Numbered from the whole stretch's first letter, positions 35,962 to 49,127 are shown. The stretch: 63,974 nucleotides of DNA, filler included, from Octopus bimaculoides (GCF_001194135.2; 8 parts of 8 records of this genome joined end to end with filler, not necessarily neighbours in it), one strand, 5' to 3'. A program made the numbers and translations. The notes: generated by a model not told the origin, from the letters alone.

Positions 35962-36475
35962 CATACATACATACATACATACATACATGCACATGTTTAT
36001 ATTTCTCCACTCATACACATAGAAGCATAAACATCTTTATGTACAGATGCAAATAGGTCTACATGCACCCATAAACACGAAAAGAAAATATACTCATCCT
36101 TCCTGGAAGGTATGTGTGTATATACACATACACAGAAGTCCATAAACACATATACACACGCACAACTATATGCGTGTCCATGTATCCGTATGTGTGTGGG
36201 TGTGTATGTGTGTGTGTGTGTGTACGTGTGTGTGTGTGGACGTGTGTGTGTGCGTATGCATATAAATATGTATCAATATATCTTTGTATATGTGTATGTG
36301 TATGTATAGATATGTATACATATATATGTACAGATAGATTGGTAGGTACGTACGTACGTAGGTAGATAGGTAGGTAGGTTGGTAATTCGATAGATAGATA
36401 GATAGGTAGGTAGGTAATTAGGTAGATAAATTAGATAGACAGACAGACAGACAGGCAAACAGATAGATAGATATG

Positions 36476-36542
<67 letters not shown>

Positions 36543-36966
36543 AAAATCACACGTTAATAAATACGATATACAAACAGTACGTCGATAAGCATACTTATAC
36601 ATACTCTGATATATGCACACGTACGTAGAAATGCAGAAATATATATGCACATGCTTGCATTCATACAAATGCTGATGCACAAAAATATATAAGCATTTGT
36701 CAAAACAGAGAAACATTTGTAATGACGTACATAAAAATATATAATGCAAGCTTTGTGAACATGACTACGTATACACACATGGATATGAACAGATGTACAC
36801 ATGCATAGTCATATGTGTATACGCCTTTGTATATATGAATATATGCCTTTACACACATATATACACACACATATATATCTATATATTCATACATATATAC
36901 ATATATATATGCATATATATATATGTATGTATGTATATGTATGTACGTGTATATATATATATATAT
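35908..36966. repeat. Compound microsatellite field (TA, TACA, TG, TAGG, TAGA)
   Basis: Direct reading. Confidence 0.92.
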
Positions 36967-38696
36967 NNNNNNNNNNNNNNNNNNNNNNNNNNNNNNNNNN
37001 NNNNNNNNNNNNNNNNNNNNNNNNNNNNNNNNNNNNNNNNNNNNNNNNNNNNNNNNNNNNNNNNNNNNNNNNNNNNNNNNNNNNNNNNNNNNNNNNNNNN
37101 NNNNNNNNNNNNNNNNNNNNNNNNNNNNNNNNNNNNNNNNNNNNNNNNNNNNNNNNNNNNNNNNNNNNNNNNNNNNNNNNNNNNNNNNNNNNNNNNNNNN
37201 NNNNNNNNNNNNNNNNNNNNNNNNNNNNNNNNNNNNNNNNNNNNNNNNNNNNNNNNNNNNNNNNNNNNNNNNNNNNNNNNNNNNNNNNNNNNNNNNNNNN
37301 NNNNNNNNNNNNNNNNNNNNNNNNNNNNNNNNNNNNNNNNNNNNNNNNNNNNNNNNNNNNNNNNNNNNNNNNNNNNNNNNNNNNNNNNNNNNNNNNNNNN
37401 NNNNNNNNNNNNNNNNNNNNNNNNNNNNNNNNNNNNNNNNNNNNNNNNNNNNNNNNNNNNNNNNNNNNNNNNNNNNNNNNNNNNNNNNNNNNNNNNNNNN
37501 NNNNNNNNNNNNNNNNNNNNNNNNNNNNNNNNNNNNNNNNNNNNNNNNNNNNNNNNNNNNNNNNNNNNNNNNNNNNNNNNNNNNNNNNNNNNNNNNNNNN
37601 NNNNNNNNNNNNNNNNNNNNNNNNNNNNNNNNNNNNNNNNNNNNNNNNNNNNNNNNNNNNNNNNNNNNNNNNCATAAAAATATATAATGCAAGCTTTGTG
37701 AACATGACTACGTATACACACATGGATATGAACAGATGTACACATGCATAGTCATATGTGTATACGCCTTTGTATATATGAATATATGCCTTTACACACA
37801 TATATACACACACATATATATCTATATATTCATACATATATACATATATAAGTAAAAGTAGAACGTTGGAATGAGTGCTAAACACCGCATTGGTGGATGA
37901 ATAATTTCTTTATTTGTGAATTAAGGCTACCGTTGGTTTCATGTTAAGAGGAGTGGGAAAATATCCAAGTATCTTAACAATTTTTCAAGCCGATCACAAG
38001 GAGAAAGGTGTCCGCCTCCATTTTGAAAAAACAATCTCGGAATTTCTTGTAAATTCGCGTTAGTTAAAGAATGAAGCAATCAATCCAGGAACGCTACTCT
38101 AGAAGGTATTTTTGGAGTTTGTAAGATCCAGGGAACGAGGTGTAGGAAGAAAGTTAGTTTCGAGCAATCCGTAGTAAATATAAAAAAACATATTTCAGGA
38201 ACAATAGTGGTTTATTGAGACGGAAGGTTGCGGATTATTTTTGTTTATCGAAGAACGATGAGCCAAAAAAAGTTCTTTTTATATTCCATGGTAGGCAACC
38301 ACGGTTGTACGAAAAAGAATACAAGAGTTACGGAATGAAGTAGGGAAAATCTGGGCTACATTTGTTTCATAGCCAGTGGAACATCAGACGTGGTAAAATC
38401 TAAGTGAGGTGTATACCGCCGGCTATTCTTCAGGCCAAGATTACCTTGATTAGATTAAAAGCTGCATTGTTGTAAGGAGGTATATGTTGCCGCAAAGAGT
38501 ATTCAATCGAATGTGTGGAGGGCACAGTATGTGAGGGGTATATAAATGTAGGAAAAAATAAGTATTAGAAGGGAAGAAAGAAGAGAAACAAAAAATAAAT
38601 AGATAAATAAAATAGAATAAACTATAGGGGAGTGAGGGAAAAGGGGAATTGGGCAGGTCAGTAGTAGATACTATAATAGTATACCACAATAATAGA

Positions 38697-38729
<33 letters not shown>

Positions 38730-38824
38730 GCATGACAGGCTTCTTTCAGTTTCTGTCAACCAGATCCAATCACAAGCTTTGGTTGACAAGTGCTATAATA
38801 GAAGGCACTCACCCAAGTTGGCAC

Positions 38825-38867
<43 letters not shown>

Positions 38868-39566
38868 NNNNNNNNNNNNNNNNNNNNNNNNNNNNNNNNN
38901 NNNNNNNNNNNNNNNNNNNNNNNNNNNNNNNNNNNNNNNNNNNNNNNNNNNNNNNNNNNNNNNNNNNNNNNNNNNNNNNNNNNNNNNNNNNNNNNNNNNN
39001 NNNNNNNNNNNNNNNNNNNNNNNNNNNNNNNNNNNNNNNNNNNNNNNNNNNNNNNNNNNNNNNNNNNNNNNNNNNNNNNNNNNNNNNNNNNNNNNNNNNN
39101 NNNNNNNNNNNNNNNNNNNNNNNNNNNNNNNNNNNNNNNNNNNNNNNNNNNNNNNNNNNNNNNNNNNNNNNNNNNNNNNNNNNNNNNNNNNNNNNNNNNN
39201 NNNNNNNNNNNNNNNNNNNNNNNNNNNNNNNNNNNNNNNNNNNNNNNNNNNNNNNNNNNNNNNNNNNNNNNNNNNNNNNNNNNNNNNNNNNNNNNNNNNN
39301 NNNNNNNNNNNNNNNNNNNNNNNNNNNNNNNNNNNNNNNNNNNNNNNNNNNNNNNNNNNNNNNNNNNNNNNNNNNNNNNNNNNNNNNNNNNNNNNNNNNN
39401 NNNNNNNNNNNNNNNNNNNNNNNNNNNNNNNNNNNNNNNNNNNNNNNNNNNNNNNNNNNNNNNNNNNNNNNNNNNNNNNNNNNNNNNNNNNNNNNNNNNN
39501 NNNNNNNNNNNNNNNNNNNNNNNNNNNNNNNNNNNNNNNNNNNNNNNNNNNNNNNNNNNNNNNNNN

Positions 39567-39671
39567 GAGAGAGAGAGAATTATATATATATATATATAAA
39601 TGCATATTTATATATATATATATGGATATATTTATATAATATGTGTGTGTATAAATATATGTATATATATC

Positions 39672-39703
<32 letters not shown>

Positions 39704-39994
39704 TATGTATATGTATACATATATATACATACATATATAATTATACGTATATATGTGTATATATATATAAATATATCTATGAGTATACGTATATATGTAT
39801 ATATATATACATATATTTATATATATGTGTATATGTATATCTATGTATTTACACACATTCATATATATAAATATATGAATATATATGCATGTATGTATGT
39901 ATGCATGTACGTACGTATGTATGTAACTGTGTCTCCGTACATCTATACAGATAGATAGATGTGTATACATACATATATATGTGTGTCTGTATAC

Positions 39995-40035
<41 letters not shown>

Positions 40036-40045
40036 NNNNNNNNNN

Positions 40046-40083
<38 letters not shown>

Positions 40084-40446
40084 TGTATGTACATACATAA
40101 ATGATATATGTGTTTATATATAAATATATATACATATCGTGGAATCTTTATTTTCTCTCTTTCCCTCTCTCCTAACTCTTCTTCTTTCCTCGTCTCCCTC
40201 TCTGTCTCTGTCTTTCTCACACTATTTATCTCTCTCAACATATGTGTGTGTATGTGTGTGTGTGTGATGTTAGCTTTAAAACTCTGTATAAATTAAATTA
40301 AACAATTAAATTTATAAATTTATATCCGATAAGATAGGGGAGTCGAGACAGTTTAACTAAAACTTTGGCAATACCAAATAATTTTGTGACATTTTTATTG
40401 CTGAAAACATAATAATTTCTATACAGTAATTGTATTCTTATCATTC

Positions 40447-40490
<44 letters not shown>

Positions 40491-40846
40491 TACTTATTTA
40501 TTTATTTATTTATTTTCGTTACTATTATTATTATTGTTATTATTATTGTCATTATTATTATTATTATCATTATTATTATTATTATTATTATTATTTTAGT
40601 TTTATTTCTATTTTTACTGTTATTAATATTTTATTATTTTTATCACTATTATTATTATTATTATTGTTGTTGTTGTTGTTGTTGTTGTTGTGTTTGTTGT
40701 CTTTTTCGTGACACTATTCAATATAATTGTATTTATAACTGAATAACTCTATTCTATATTCAGTTGTATATTCTCTTCATTCATTGTTCGTTTCTCTTTT
40801 GTCACTATTTATATCTATTATTGTTATTTTATTATTATTTTTATTA

Positions 40847-40900
<54 letters not shown>
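39567..40900. repeat. Cryptic (TA)n field and (ATT)n/(GTT)n tracts
   Basis: Direct reading. Confidence 0.9.
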
Positions 40901-40901
<1 letters not shown>

Positions 40902-41534
40902 GACTTTGAATTCTTCTTATCCTCAAAAGGTGGTGGGAATTAGAAGTAATGCTACTCTTAGCTGGCTAGTTTATCTAACTTAATTTCGATATCTTTTATT
41001 TCGTATTTTAAAATCTTACCGGGTTACGACCAAGCTGAACTGTTTGTTGTTTTCTGTTGTTGTTGCTGTTTTAGAGGGTTTCATTGTCATTTTTGTTCTA
41101 TTGTTGTTGTTGTCATCGTCGTCATTGTCGTTGCTGCTGCTGCTGATACTGATATACACGAGAATGAGGTTGTAGGAAAAAATTAAGTTTAAGTTAAATA
41201 TTTGCACAAGATAATATTTTTTTATCTTTCTTTAATTTCGAGCTTTCTTAAATCCGTAATTTCAAACTTCACCGGGTCCATCCATTGTGCTTATGTCACT
41301 CTTTTCCTCTGGGGTCAATAAATTCGTATCAACAACGAGCAAATATGATAGCCTTTATATGATCTCTGAAAGTGCTTGTGATAACAGCGGAATCGTCGTC
41401 AAATCACACTTCACTCTATTAACTGTAGAAGCTTACATCAAATATAATTTATAAGCTGCTCGCAGAAGAGCGTGAATCCAAAGGATAACGTGTGTGCGTG
41501 CGTGCGCGTGTTTGTACGTGTTTGTGTGTGTGTA

Positions 41535-41775
41535 TATACAACGACATGGTTCTGTGTTCAGTCCTACTGCATGGCACCTTGAGCAAGTCTCTTCTACTAT
41601 AGCCTCAGATCGACCAAAGCCTTGTGAGTGGATTTAGCACACGGAAACTGAAAAGAAGCTGGTCGTATACATATGTATACATTTATGTGTGTGTGTCTTT
41701 GTATCTGTGTTTGTCCTCTCACCGTCGCTTGACAACTGATGTTGGGGCTGTTTATGTCCCCATTATCTGTAAAGA
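41535..41775 (+). mobile_element. SINE family A, partial
   Basis: CATGGTTCTGTGTTCAGTCCTACTGCATGGCACCTTGAGCAAG...GTTTATGTCCCC. Confidence 0.82.
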
Positions 41776-42584
41776 TAACCTTAGAAAAATGATTTAATCG
41801 CACTGCTAACACAGGAAGACACAGTATTGATTTATAAGGTGTTTCATACACATTGTTGTATATTATAGTTGCATAACGAAATACGGTGTCCCTACAAGTA
41901 ATTAACTTGCCCGAGTTACTGCGCGGTTGGACTGAACCGATACCACGTAGTTACAAAGTGAGTTTTCTAACCACACATACATATCTACGCCTATACATAT
42001 TTTTCTACCCACACATTACTCTTGTAACTAATTCGTATACTTAATTCAGTAGCGTTTACCAACATCAACTTCTACTTTTTATGCTCCCAATTTAGTATGT
42101 AACTAGCATTTGTTTCAAAATCACATTCACCTATATATCTATTGACAACATACACACACACACACCTATAAATTAATTATATCTACATATGTTATGTAAC
42201 ATCTTTCGTTCCATTGTCCAAATCTAATCTTACTTATCTTTACATAGTTTTATTACACTTCGCCTCTTTCATAGACAGAACACAATTACAAACCAGACCA
42301 CACCTTTTGTTCGAATCTACCTTCTACTTCATAAACAAATAAACGCCTATAACACCTACTTATAGCAGTAAAGGTCAGAACCATAAACTTGCATTTAAAA
42401 TCTAATAATTTTATTCAGAATACACTTTGTTCTTAGTTTTATTGCGAAACTAATAGTCACATTTTGTTATGTTACTCTAAAGCAAACACGAACACACGTA
42501 TATACAATTCTATTTTTATTGCAGCATCTATGCTTGAGATGCAACCGATTTTTTATTGTATTTCGACACTCCTGGTACAAGCAG

Positions 42585-42958
42585 TTAATACTGGTTTTCA
42601 AATTTTGGCACAAGGCCAGTAAGTTCGGTGGAACGAGTAAGTCGATTACATCGATCCCAGATCTCAACTGGTACTTATTTTATCGATCCCGAAAGGATAT
42701 AGGGCAAAGTCGGCCTCAGCAGAATTTGAAATCAAAATGTAAAGACACACCAAATGCCGCTAAGTATTTGGCCCGGTGTACTAACGATTCTGACAGCTCG
42801 CTTCCTTATACAAACAATTAATATTGTTATTCCTCCTAAGGCGGTGAGCAGGAAGAATTGTTAGCATGTCGGACAAAATTCTTAGTGGCATTTCGTCCGT
42901 CTTTATTTTCTGAGTTCAAATTCCGCCGACGGCAATCTTACCTTTCATCCTTTTGCGG
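42585..42958. mobile_element. Two divergently oriented SINE D copies (minus 42585-42810, plus 42836-42958), the second running into (TAG)n
   Basis: Family D motifs on opposite strands; (TAG)n at 42965-43121. Confidence 0.8.
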
Positions 42959-42961
42959 TGG

Positions 42962-43077
<116 letters not shown>

Positions 43078-43078
43078 A

Positions 43079-43121
<43 letters not shown>

Positions 43122-43684
43122 TCATCCTCATCAACATAATCATTATTAAATAAAGAAAACATTTAATGAAATTTGTATATCAAATGATCACAACAATGTA
43201 AATAATGGCAACTCGTAAATATAATGATAAATATAATAAAACTGACAACACATCAACAATACGAAAAGTGATGTCAAGAGATTCGAAAAAAATCGTGTCC
43301 AGTAACAGAAATGGAATAAAATAATGATGAAAAAAAATAACATTTACGTAAAAAAATAATAAATATTGAAAATGATGACACGAGATAAATAAATAAGGGG
43401 AACATTAATTGATAAAAATTTCGTACTTTAGGATTTATATGTAAAAACAACGCTCCAAACACCATCAGGCGACTACTAGACATGGTGTTTCGATGTGAGT
43501 TAGCCCCCTCAGTGATACATACTGTTATAAATGTGTTATAAATGTGTGGTATTCGTCAAATTATATATATACGTATATATAGTCAAATTATTAAAACAAG
43601 TAAAAGGATAAAAGAATACATTTATATATATATATATGTGTGTGTGCGTGTGTGTGTGTGTGATATAAGAATAATCTTTTCTAC

Positions 43685-43890
43685 TCTAAGAACAAGGCCC
43701 GAAATTTTAGGGGAGGGGGCCACAGTCGATTAGATCGATCGCAGTACGCAACTGGTACTCAATTTATTAACCCCGAAAGGATGAAAGGTAAAGTCGACCT
43801 CGGCGGAATTTGAACTCAGAACGTAAAGAGGGACAAAATACTGCTAGCATTTCGCCTGACGTGCTAACGTTTCTACCAGCTCGCCACTTT
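43685..43890 (-). mobile_element. SINE family D
   Basis: CGAAAGGATGAAAGGTAAAGTCGACCTCGGCGGAATTTGAACTCAGAACG. Confidence 0.88.
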
Positions 43891-45460
43891 GCGGTATAGG
43901 AATAATACATGACGGTTAGTTTATGTATTAATCGAAGAGAACGGTTTATTCATGCAACCATCTATAAGTAGGTGGGCAAACATCAACCTCTGTATTTATG
44001 ATAGGAAGTGTATATGCTAATGTGTGCATTTAGCTTATATTTCTCTACTTATAATCTTTTACCATCTAACTTTATGGTAATTTTTGAATTGTTAATTCTT
44101 TCAGTATTTATTTTACTTTTGTTAACGTTGGTGACTGGCAATCTTAATAATGTATGTATGTGTAAATGGAAATATATATACATTCATATATACATATATA
44201 TACATATATATATANNNNNNNNNNNNNNNNNNNNNNNNNNNNNNNNNNNNNNNNNNNNNNNNNNNNNNNNNNNNNNNNNNNNNNNNNNNNNNNNNNNNNN
44301 NNNNNNNNNNNNNNNNNNNNNNNNNNNNNNNNNNNNNNNNNNNNNNNNNNNNNNNNNNNNNNNNNNNNNNNNNNNNNNNNNNNNNNNNNNNNNNNNNNNN
44401 NNNNNNNNNNNNNNNNNNNNNNNNNNNNNNNNNNNNNNNNNNNNNNNNNNNNNNNNNNNNNNNNNNNNNNNNNNNNNNNNNNNNNNNNNNNNNNNNNNNN
44501 NNNNNNNNNNNNNNNNNNNNNNNNNNNNNNNNNNNNNNNNNNNNNNNNNNNNNNNNNNNNNNNNNNNNNNNNNNNNNNNNNNNNNNNNNNNNNNNNNNNN
44601 NNNNNNNNNNNNNNNNNNNNNNNNNNNNNNNNNNNNNNNNNNNNNNNNNNNNNNNNNNNNNNNNNNNNNNNNNNNNNNNNNNNNNNNNNNNNNNNNNNNN
44701 NNNNNNNNNNNNNNNNNNNNNNNNNNNNNNNNNNNNNNNNNNNNNNNNNNNNNNNNNNNNNNNNNNNNNNNNNNNNNNNNNNNNNNNNNNNNNNNNNNNN
44801 NNNNNNNNNNNNNNNNNNNNNNNNNNNNNNNNNNNNNNNNNNNNNNNNNNNNNNNNNNNNNNNNNNNNNNNNNNNNNNNNNNNNNNNNNNNNNNNNNNNN
44901 NNNNNNNNNNNNNNNNNNNNNNNNNNNNNNNNNNNNNNNNNNNNNNNNNNNNNNNNNNNNNNNNNNNNNNNNNNNNNNNNNNNNNNNNNNNNNNNNNNNN
45001 NNNNNNNNNNNNNNNNNNNNNNNNNNNNNNNNNNNNNNNNNNNNNNNNNNNNNNNNNNNNNNNNNNNNNNNNNNNNNNNNNNNNNNNNNNNNNNNNNNNN
45101 NNNNNNNNNNNNNTTTAAAGAATCAAAGAGATTCAGAAATATTATCTGCAATCTCAGGGGATTAAGGTACATTTTAAAAATAACGTCGACCACTAACGTG
45201 GACAATTAATGCGCTAGAAATAGATCACATCTTGTGTCTATTAAGACCTAAAAAGTTCTCAACATGAAATATAGCAGCATACCAAAAACGTGAGCGGGCA
45301 AGACATTTAAAATCACCTAAAAAAAATCATTATTAAACAGGAACCAGGTTTCGGATTTAGCAAATTCTTACCATTTGTCTATTCCTCATCAGCCTGATTT
45401 GTAATGAAGTAGCAATTTTCAGAATTGTATACATAGTTGCCCACCGCCATGTGTTGTCAT

Positions 45461-46060
45461 GACGATACCTGCTCGGAGGCCCGCGCAAAGTTGCAGGAAG
45501 TGTATGGAGAGGAGTGTATGAGCCACACACAAATGTATGAATGGTTCTGACGGTTCCAAGATTTCAATGAACCTTCTGGGAGACTCGAAACCAGTAGAAC
45601 TGAAAAAAATCATCGCAGATGTGCATGCACCTGTGAGGGGAAATCGTCGAATCACCATCCGTGAGTTATCAGAGGATGTGCAGATTAGTTACGGTACTAA
45701 CCATTATCGCTGAAGATTTGGGTATGAGACGCGTGTCTGCCAAATTTGTGCCAAAACTGCTTTCAGCTAACCACAAATACATCATGATATCAGTTGCACA
45801 AAATCTCCTTGATTGTGTCGAGAACTATGAAAACCTTTTGAAAACTTTGCGTAGGCCTCTGAGCAGGTATCGCCAAGCTTTTGGCAAAATTTGATGCAGA
45901 TTCTTTGCTCAACTTTCTCTGTCATGGTCAAAGCGACGATCACACGCTACACACCTTTCTTCCAAACACTGCTGTAAACAGTAGAAGTGAGCTACAATGC
46001 TGTTATACATGAAACAACAATGATAACGAAAGAAGGGAGGTATCTCTTTTTTTGACCAGA
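45461..46060. mobile_element. Rearranged mariner transposase remnant (plus-strand HTH region; minus-strand 5' end)
   Basis: Plus: DTCSEARAKLQEVYGEECMSHTQMYEWF..RRITIRELSEDVQISYG..EDLGMRRVSAKFVPKLL. Minus, from ATG 45925: MTEKVEQRICIKFCQKLGDTCSEAYAK. Confidence 0.85.
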
Positions 46061-46494
46061 CTGACGCAAATTTTGATAACGCCATCGGAATAAAGTATAC
46101 TCTANNNNNNNNNNNNNNNNNNNNNNNNNNNNNNNNNNNNNNNNNNNNTTAATTAATTAANNNNNNNNNNNNNNNNNNNNNNNNNNNNNNNNNNNNNNNN
46201 NNNNCACACACACACACACACACACACAAGCATATACAAACACGTATACATATACTCGCAGACATGCATACATGCAAGGCAAGTGCGTCGTATGTATTCC
46301 GGCTTGGTTGTCATTACCAATGACGAAAATTACTGCCAACAAATTATTTCCTTATTCACTCACACATATTCTTTCCACCAGGGTAGGAAAGGTCGGCTCA
46401 ACCGGTTTCTACTCTTATAACGTTTCTTCAGTAGAAGAATACGATTTGCTGTCCACGGACACATAAATAAGTTTAGCTATTTTTAGTGGATACA

Positions 46495-46665
46495 AAATAG
46501 CACATTATGTATAGTGTACATAATTGACGGATATTTATCCATCTTTTTTGTTGTTAACACAACGTTTCGGCTGATATAACCTCCAGCCTTCATCAGGTGT
46601 CTTGGGAAATTTCGAACCTGGGTTCTCATTCGTAAGGTATTTTTGATGTTGTTTTTGTTGTTGTT
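46495..46665 (-). mobile_element. Inverted copy of the 3' (Penelope-like) module of the hammerhead SINE
   Basis: Reverse complement aligns with 46880-47030 and also contains a segment (CCAGGTTCGAAATTTCCCAAGACA) deleted from the plus copy. Confidence 0.85.
46556..46601 (-). ncRNA. Minimal type I hammerhead ribozyme motif (Penelope-type), intact
   Basis: GACAC CUGAUGA A GGCUG-GAGGUUAUAU-CAGCC GAAAC GUU GUGUU: stem I GACAC/GUGUU, stem II GGCUG/CAGCC, palindromic AACGUU in place of stem III. Activity not shown. Confidence 0.72.
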
Positions 46666-46788
46666 AGGACACAACAACCTCCGAAGCAGACCGAGTGCAG
46701 ATATGAACAGCATATGGGAACAGGTATTAAGGAAGGATAGGAGAATATTAGATTTATGAGCCCTAAAATTCACTCCATAATTACCTAC

Positions 46789-47047
46789 GGGCATATGGCG
46801 TAGTGGTTAAGAGCGCGGACTACTAACCCCAAGATTCTGAGTTCGATTCCAGACAGTGACCTGAATAATAATAATAATAATAATAATAACAACAACAACA
46901 TCGAGAAATACTTTAGGAATGAGAACCTGATGAAAGCTGGAGGATACATCAGCCGAAACGTTGTGTTAACAACAAACAAGATGAGGACAAATATCCGTCA
47001 ATTGTAAATAATGTACATAATTCCTCATCTCTTAAATATAGAACTGA
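46789..47047 (+). mobile_element. tRNA-derived SINE with (AAT)n linker and a hammerhead-bearing Penelope-like 3' module
   Basis: A box TGGCGTAGTGG 46796-46806, B box GAGTTCGATTCC 46839-46850, (AAT)n, then CTGATGA..CAGCCGAAACGTTGTGTT at 46927-46967. Confidence 0.78.
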
Positions 47048-47560
47048 ACTGGAACATTATTTTTAATGTCTACAAAATAGGTCACTATTTATAGCGTACA
47101 CAAACTAGGACACTATTTATAGGTATACAAACTTGGTCACTACATATAGTGTACACAAACTAGGACACTATTTATAATGTATACAAAATAGGTCACTACT
47201 TATAGTATACATAAACTAGAACACTGTTTCTAATGTATACGAACAAGATCACTATTTATAGTGTACACAAACTAGGACACTGTTTATAATGCATACGAAC
47301 AAGGTCACTATTTATAGTATACACAACTAGGACACTATATATAATGTATACAAATTAGGTCACTATAGCGTACACAGACTAGGACATTATCTATAATGTA
47401 TACAAACTAGGTCACTATTTTAGTGTACACAAACTAGAATATTATTTGTAATGTATACGAACTACGTCACTATTTATAGTGTAGTGAAACTAGGACACTA
47501 TTTATAATGAATACAAACTAGGTCACTGTTTATAGTCTATACAAACTAGGACACTATAGT
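47047..47560. repeat. 28-bp minisatellite (about 19 units) with 56-bp dimeric higher-order structure
   Basis: Units alternate AAACTAGGACACTATTTATAATGTATAC and AAACTAGGTCACTATTTATAGTGTACAC. Confidence 0.93.
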
Positions 47561-48093
47561 GAATAAAAGCTTAGACAAGCCAGTCTAATTTGCATAGCAG
47601 TGCACACACTGACAACGTGGACAAATCATTTATATAGCTCTACGTAGTTTCTTTCTTTGGTAAATTAATAATGTATTGACTAGCATTTAATATATATATT
47701 CACCATTCTTTCTACTGCAATATGTGACCAAATTATCCGGCATTTCATATTACCAAAAAGCAAACAAATCTACGACATATTAAAGTAGTTTAAGAATGGT
47801 TTCATCGATTTTATGGGTTCACAATCTATTCTCTCTCGCGCGCGCACACATACACACATAATATACATGCACCTTCAGTGGTTTTAGTGATCGATAAGGC
47901 GTCATCATTTTCATCTCATCGTCATCATCACAGTGACCATCAGCATCATCATCATCATCCCCGACATCACTGACGTCACCATCGGCGTCATATTTTTATC
48001 GTGGCGATGAAGATAATGAGAATTATTACGATCATCGTTCTTAACACCACTCCAATACCACCACCAACACCACCGTCGTCGTCATCCTCATCC

Positions 48094-48150
<57 letters not shown>

Positions 48151-48374
48151 CAACCACGTGTACAATTCCACTTCAATACCAACATATAAAATAAACTTTG
48201 TCTTTCTTTCACTTAATTAACCAAATTAATTTAATCAATAAACTCCTTCATTCTTTCTCTTATTTATTTACTTAACCAACATCATACGCCTCACCCTTGT
48301 AATTAAACATCGTTCACAGCTCCTCTTTCTCGCTTTCTCTCTTTCTTTCCTTCCCTCCTTCTTTCCTTACTTTT

Positions 48375-48425
<51 letters not shown>

Positions 48426-48721
48426 TTTCCTTTCTTTCCTTCTTTCTTTCTTTCTTTCTTTCTTTCATTAATTGTTTCTTTATCTCTCTCCTTCCTTCCT
48501 TCCTTCCTTCCTTCCTTCCTTCCCTCATTTCCGCCAAATTATTTGTCCTTTCTTCATACATAAACTTCCTTCCTTTCCTCTTGCTTGTCTTCTCTTTCCT
48601 TTTTCTTTCTTTCATTCATTCCCTCATCCTTTTTCATTCTTTTCTTTCCGTCATCATTCTTCTCCATTCTTCACAAATTATTTTTTTCGCTCCTTTCTGT
48701 TTTTTCTTCACTTTATTCTTT

Positions 48722-49127
48722 TATTCTTTTACTTGTTTCAGTCATTTGACGGCCGCCATGCTGGAGTACCGCCTTTAATCGAACGAATCGACCCCAGGAC
48801 TTATTCTTCGTAAGCCTGGTACTTATTCTATCAAACTCCTTTGCCAAACCGCTGCGTTACGGGGAACGTAAACACACCAACACCGGTTGTCTAGCGATGC
48901 TGGCGGAGACAAACACAGATATACATACAAGTACACACAGCCACACACACACACATATATATATACGACGAGCTTCTTTCAGTTTCCGCCTACCAAATCC
49001 ACTCAAGGCTTTAGCCAGCCCGAGGCTATAGAAGACACTTGCCCAACGTGCCGCACAGTGGGACTGAACCCGAAACCATGTGATTGGGAAGCAAGCTTCT
49101 TATCACACAGTGACTTCTGCGCCTATA
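48722..49127 (-). mobile_element. SINE family A, full length, CpG-rich
   Basis: Reverse-complement homology from tail to head. Confidence 0.9.

Noticed and set aside
36730-37850. Roughly 175-bp direct repeat on both sides of a 700-N gap, resembling LTRs
   Set aside because: Low-complexity, no TG...CA ends or primer-binding site, and the second copy starts at the gap edge; probably an assembly overlap, though a real tandem array cannot be excluded.
37870-38450. Possible decayed Penelope GIY-YIG endonuclease coding remnant on the minus strand
   Set aside because: Only vague similarity with many stops; needs tblastx or an HMM search before it can be called.
43481-43515. Minus-strand CTGAGGG...CGAAAC motif
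   Set aside because: Core mismatch, no stem II and no cleavage triplet.
46789-46860. tRNA gene
   Set aside because: A and B boxes are present, but there is no complete acceptor stem or oligo-T terminator and it runs into (AAT)n; treated as a SINE head. The same applies to heads at 1225, 55001 and 62320.
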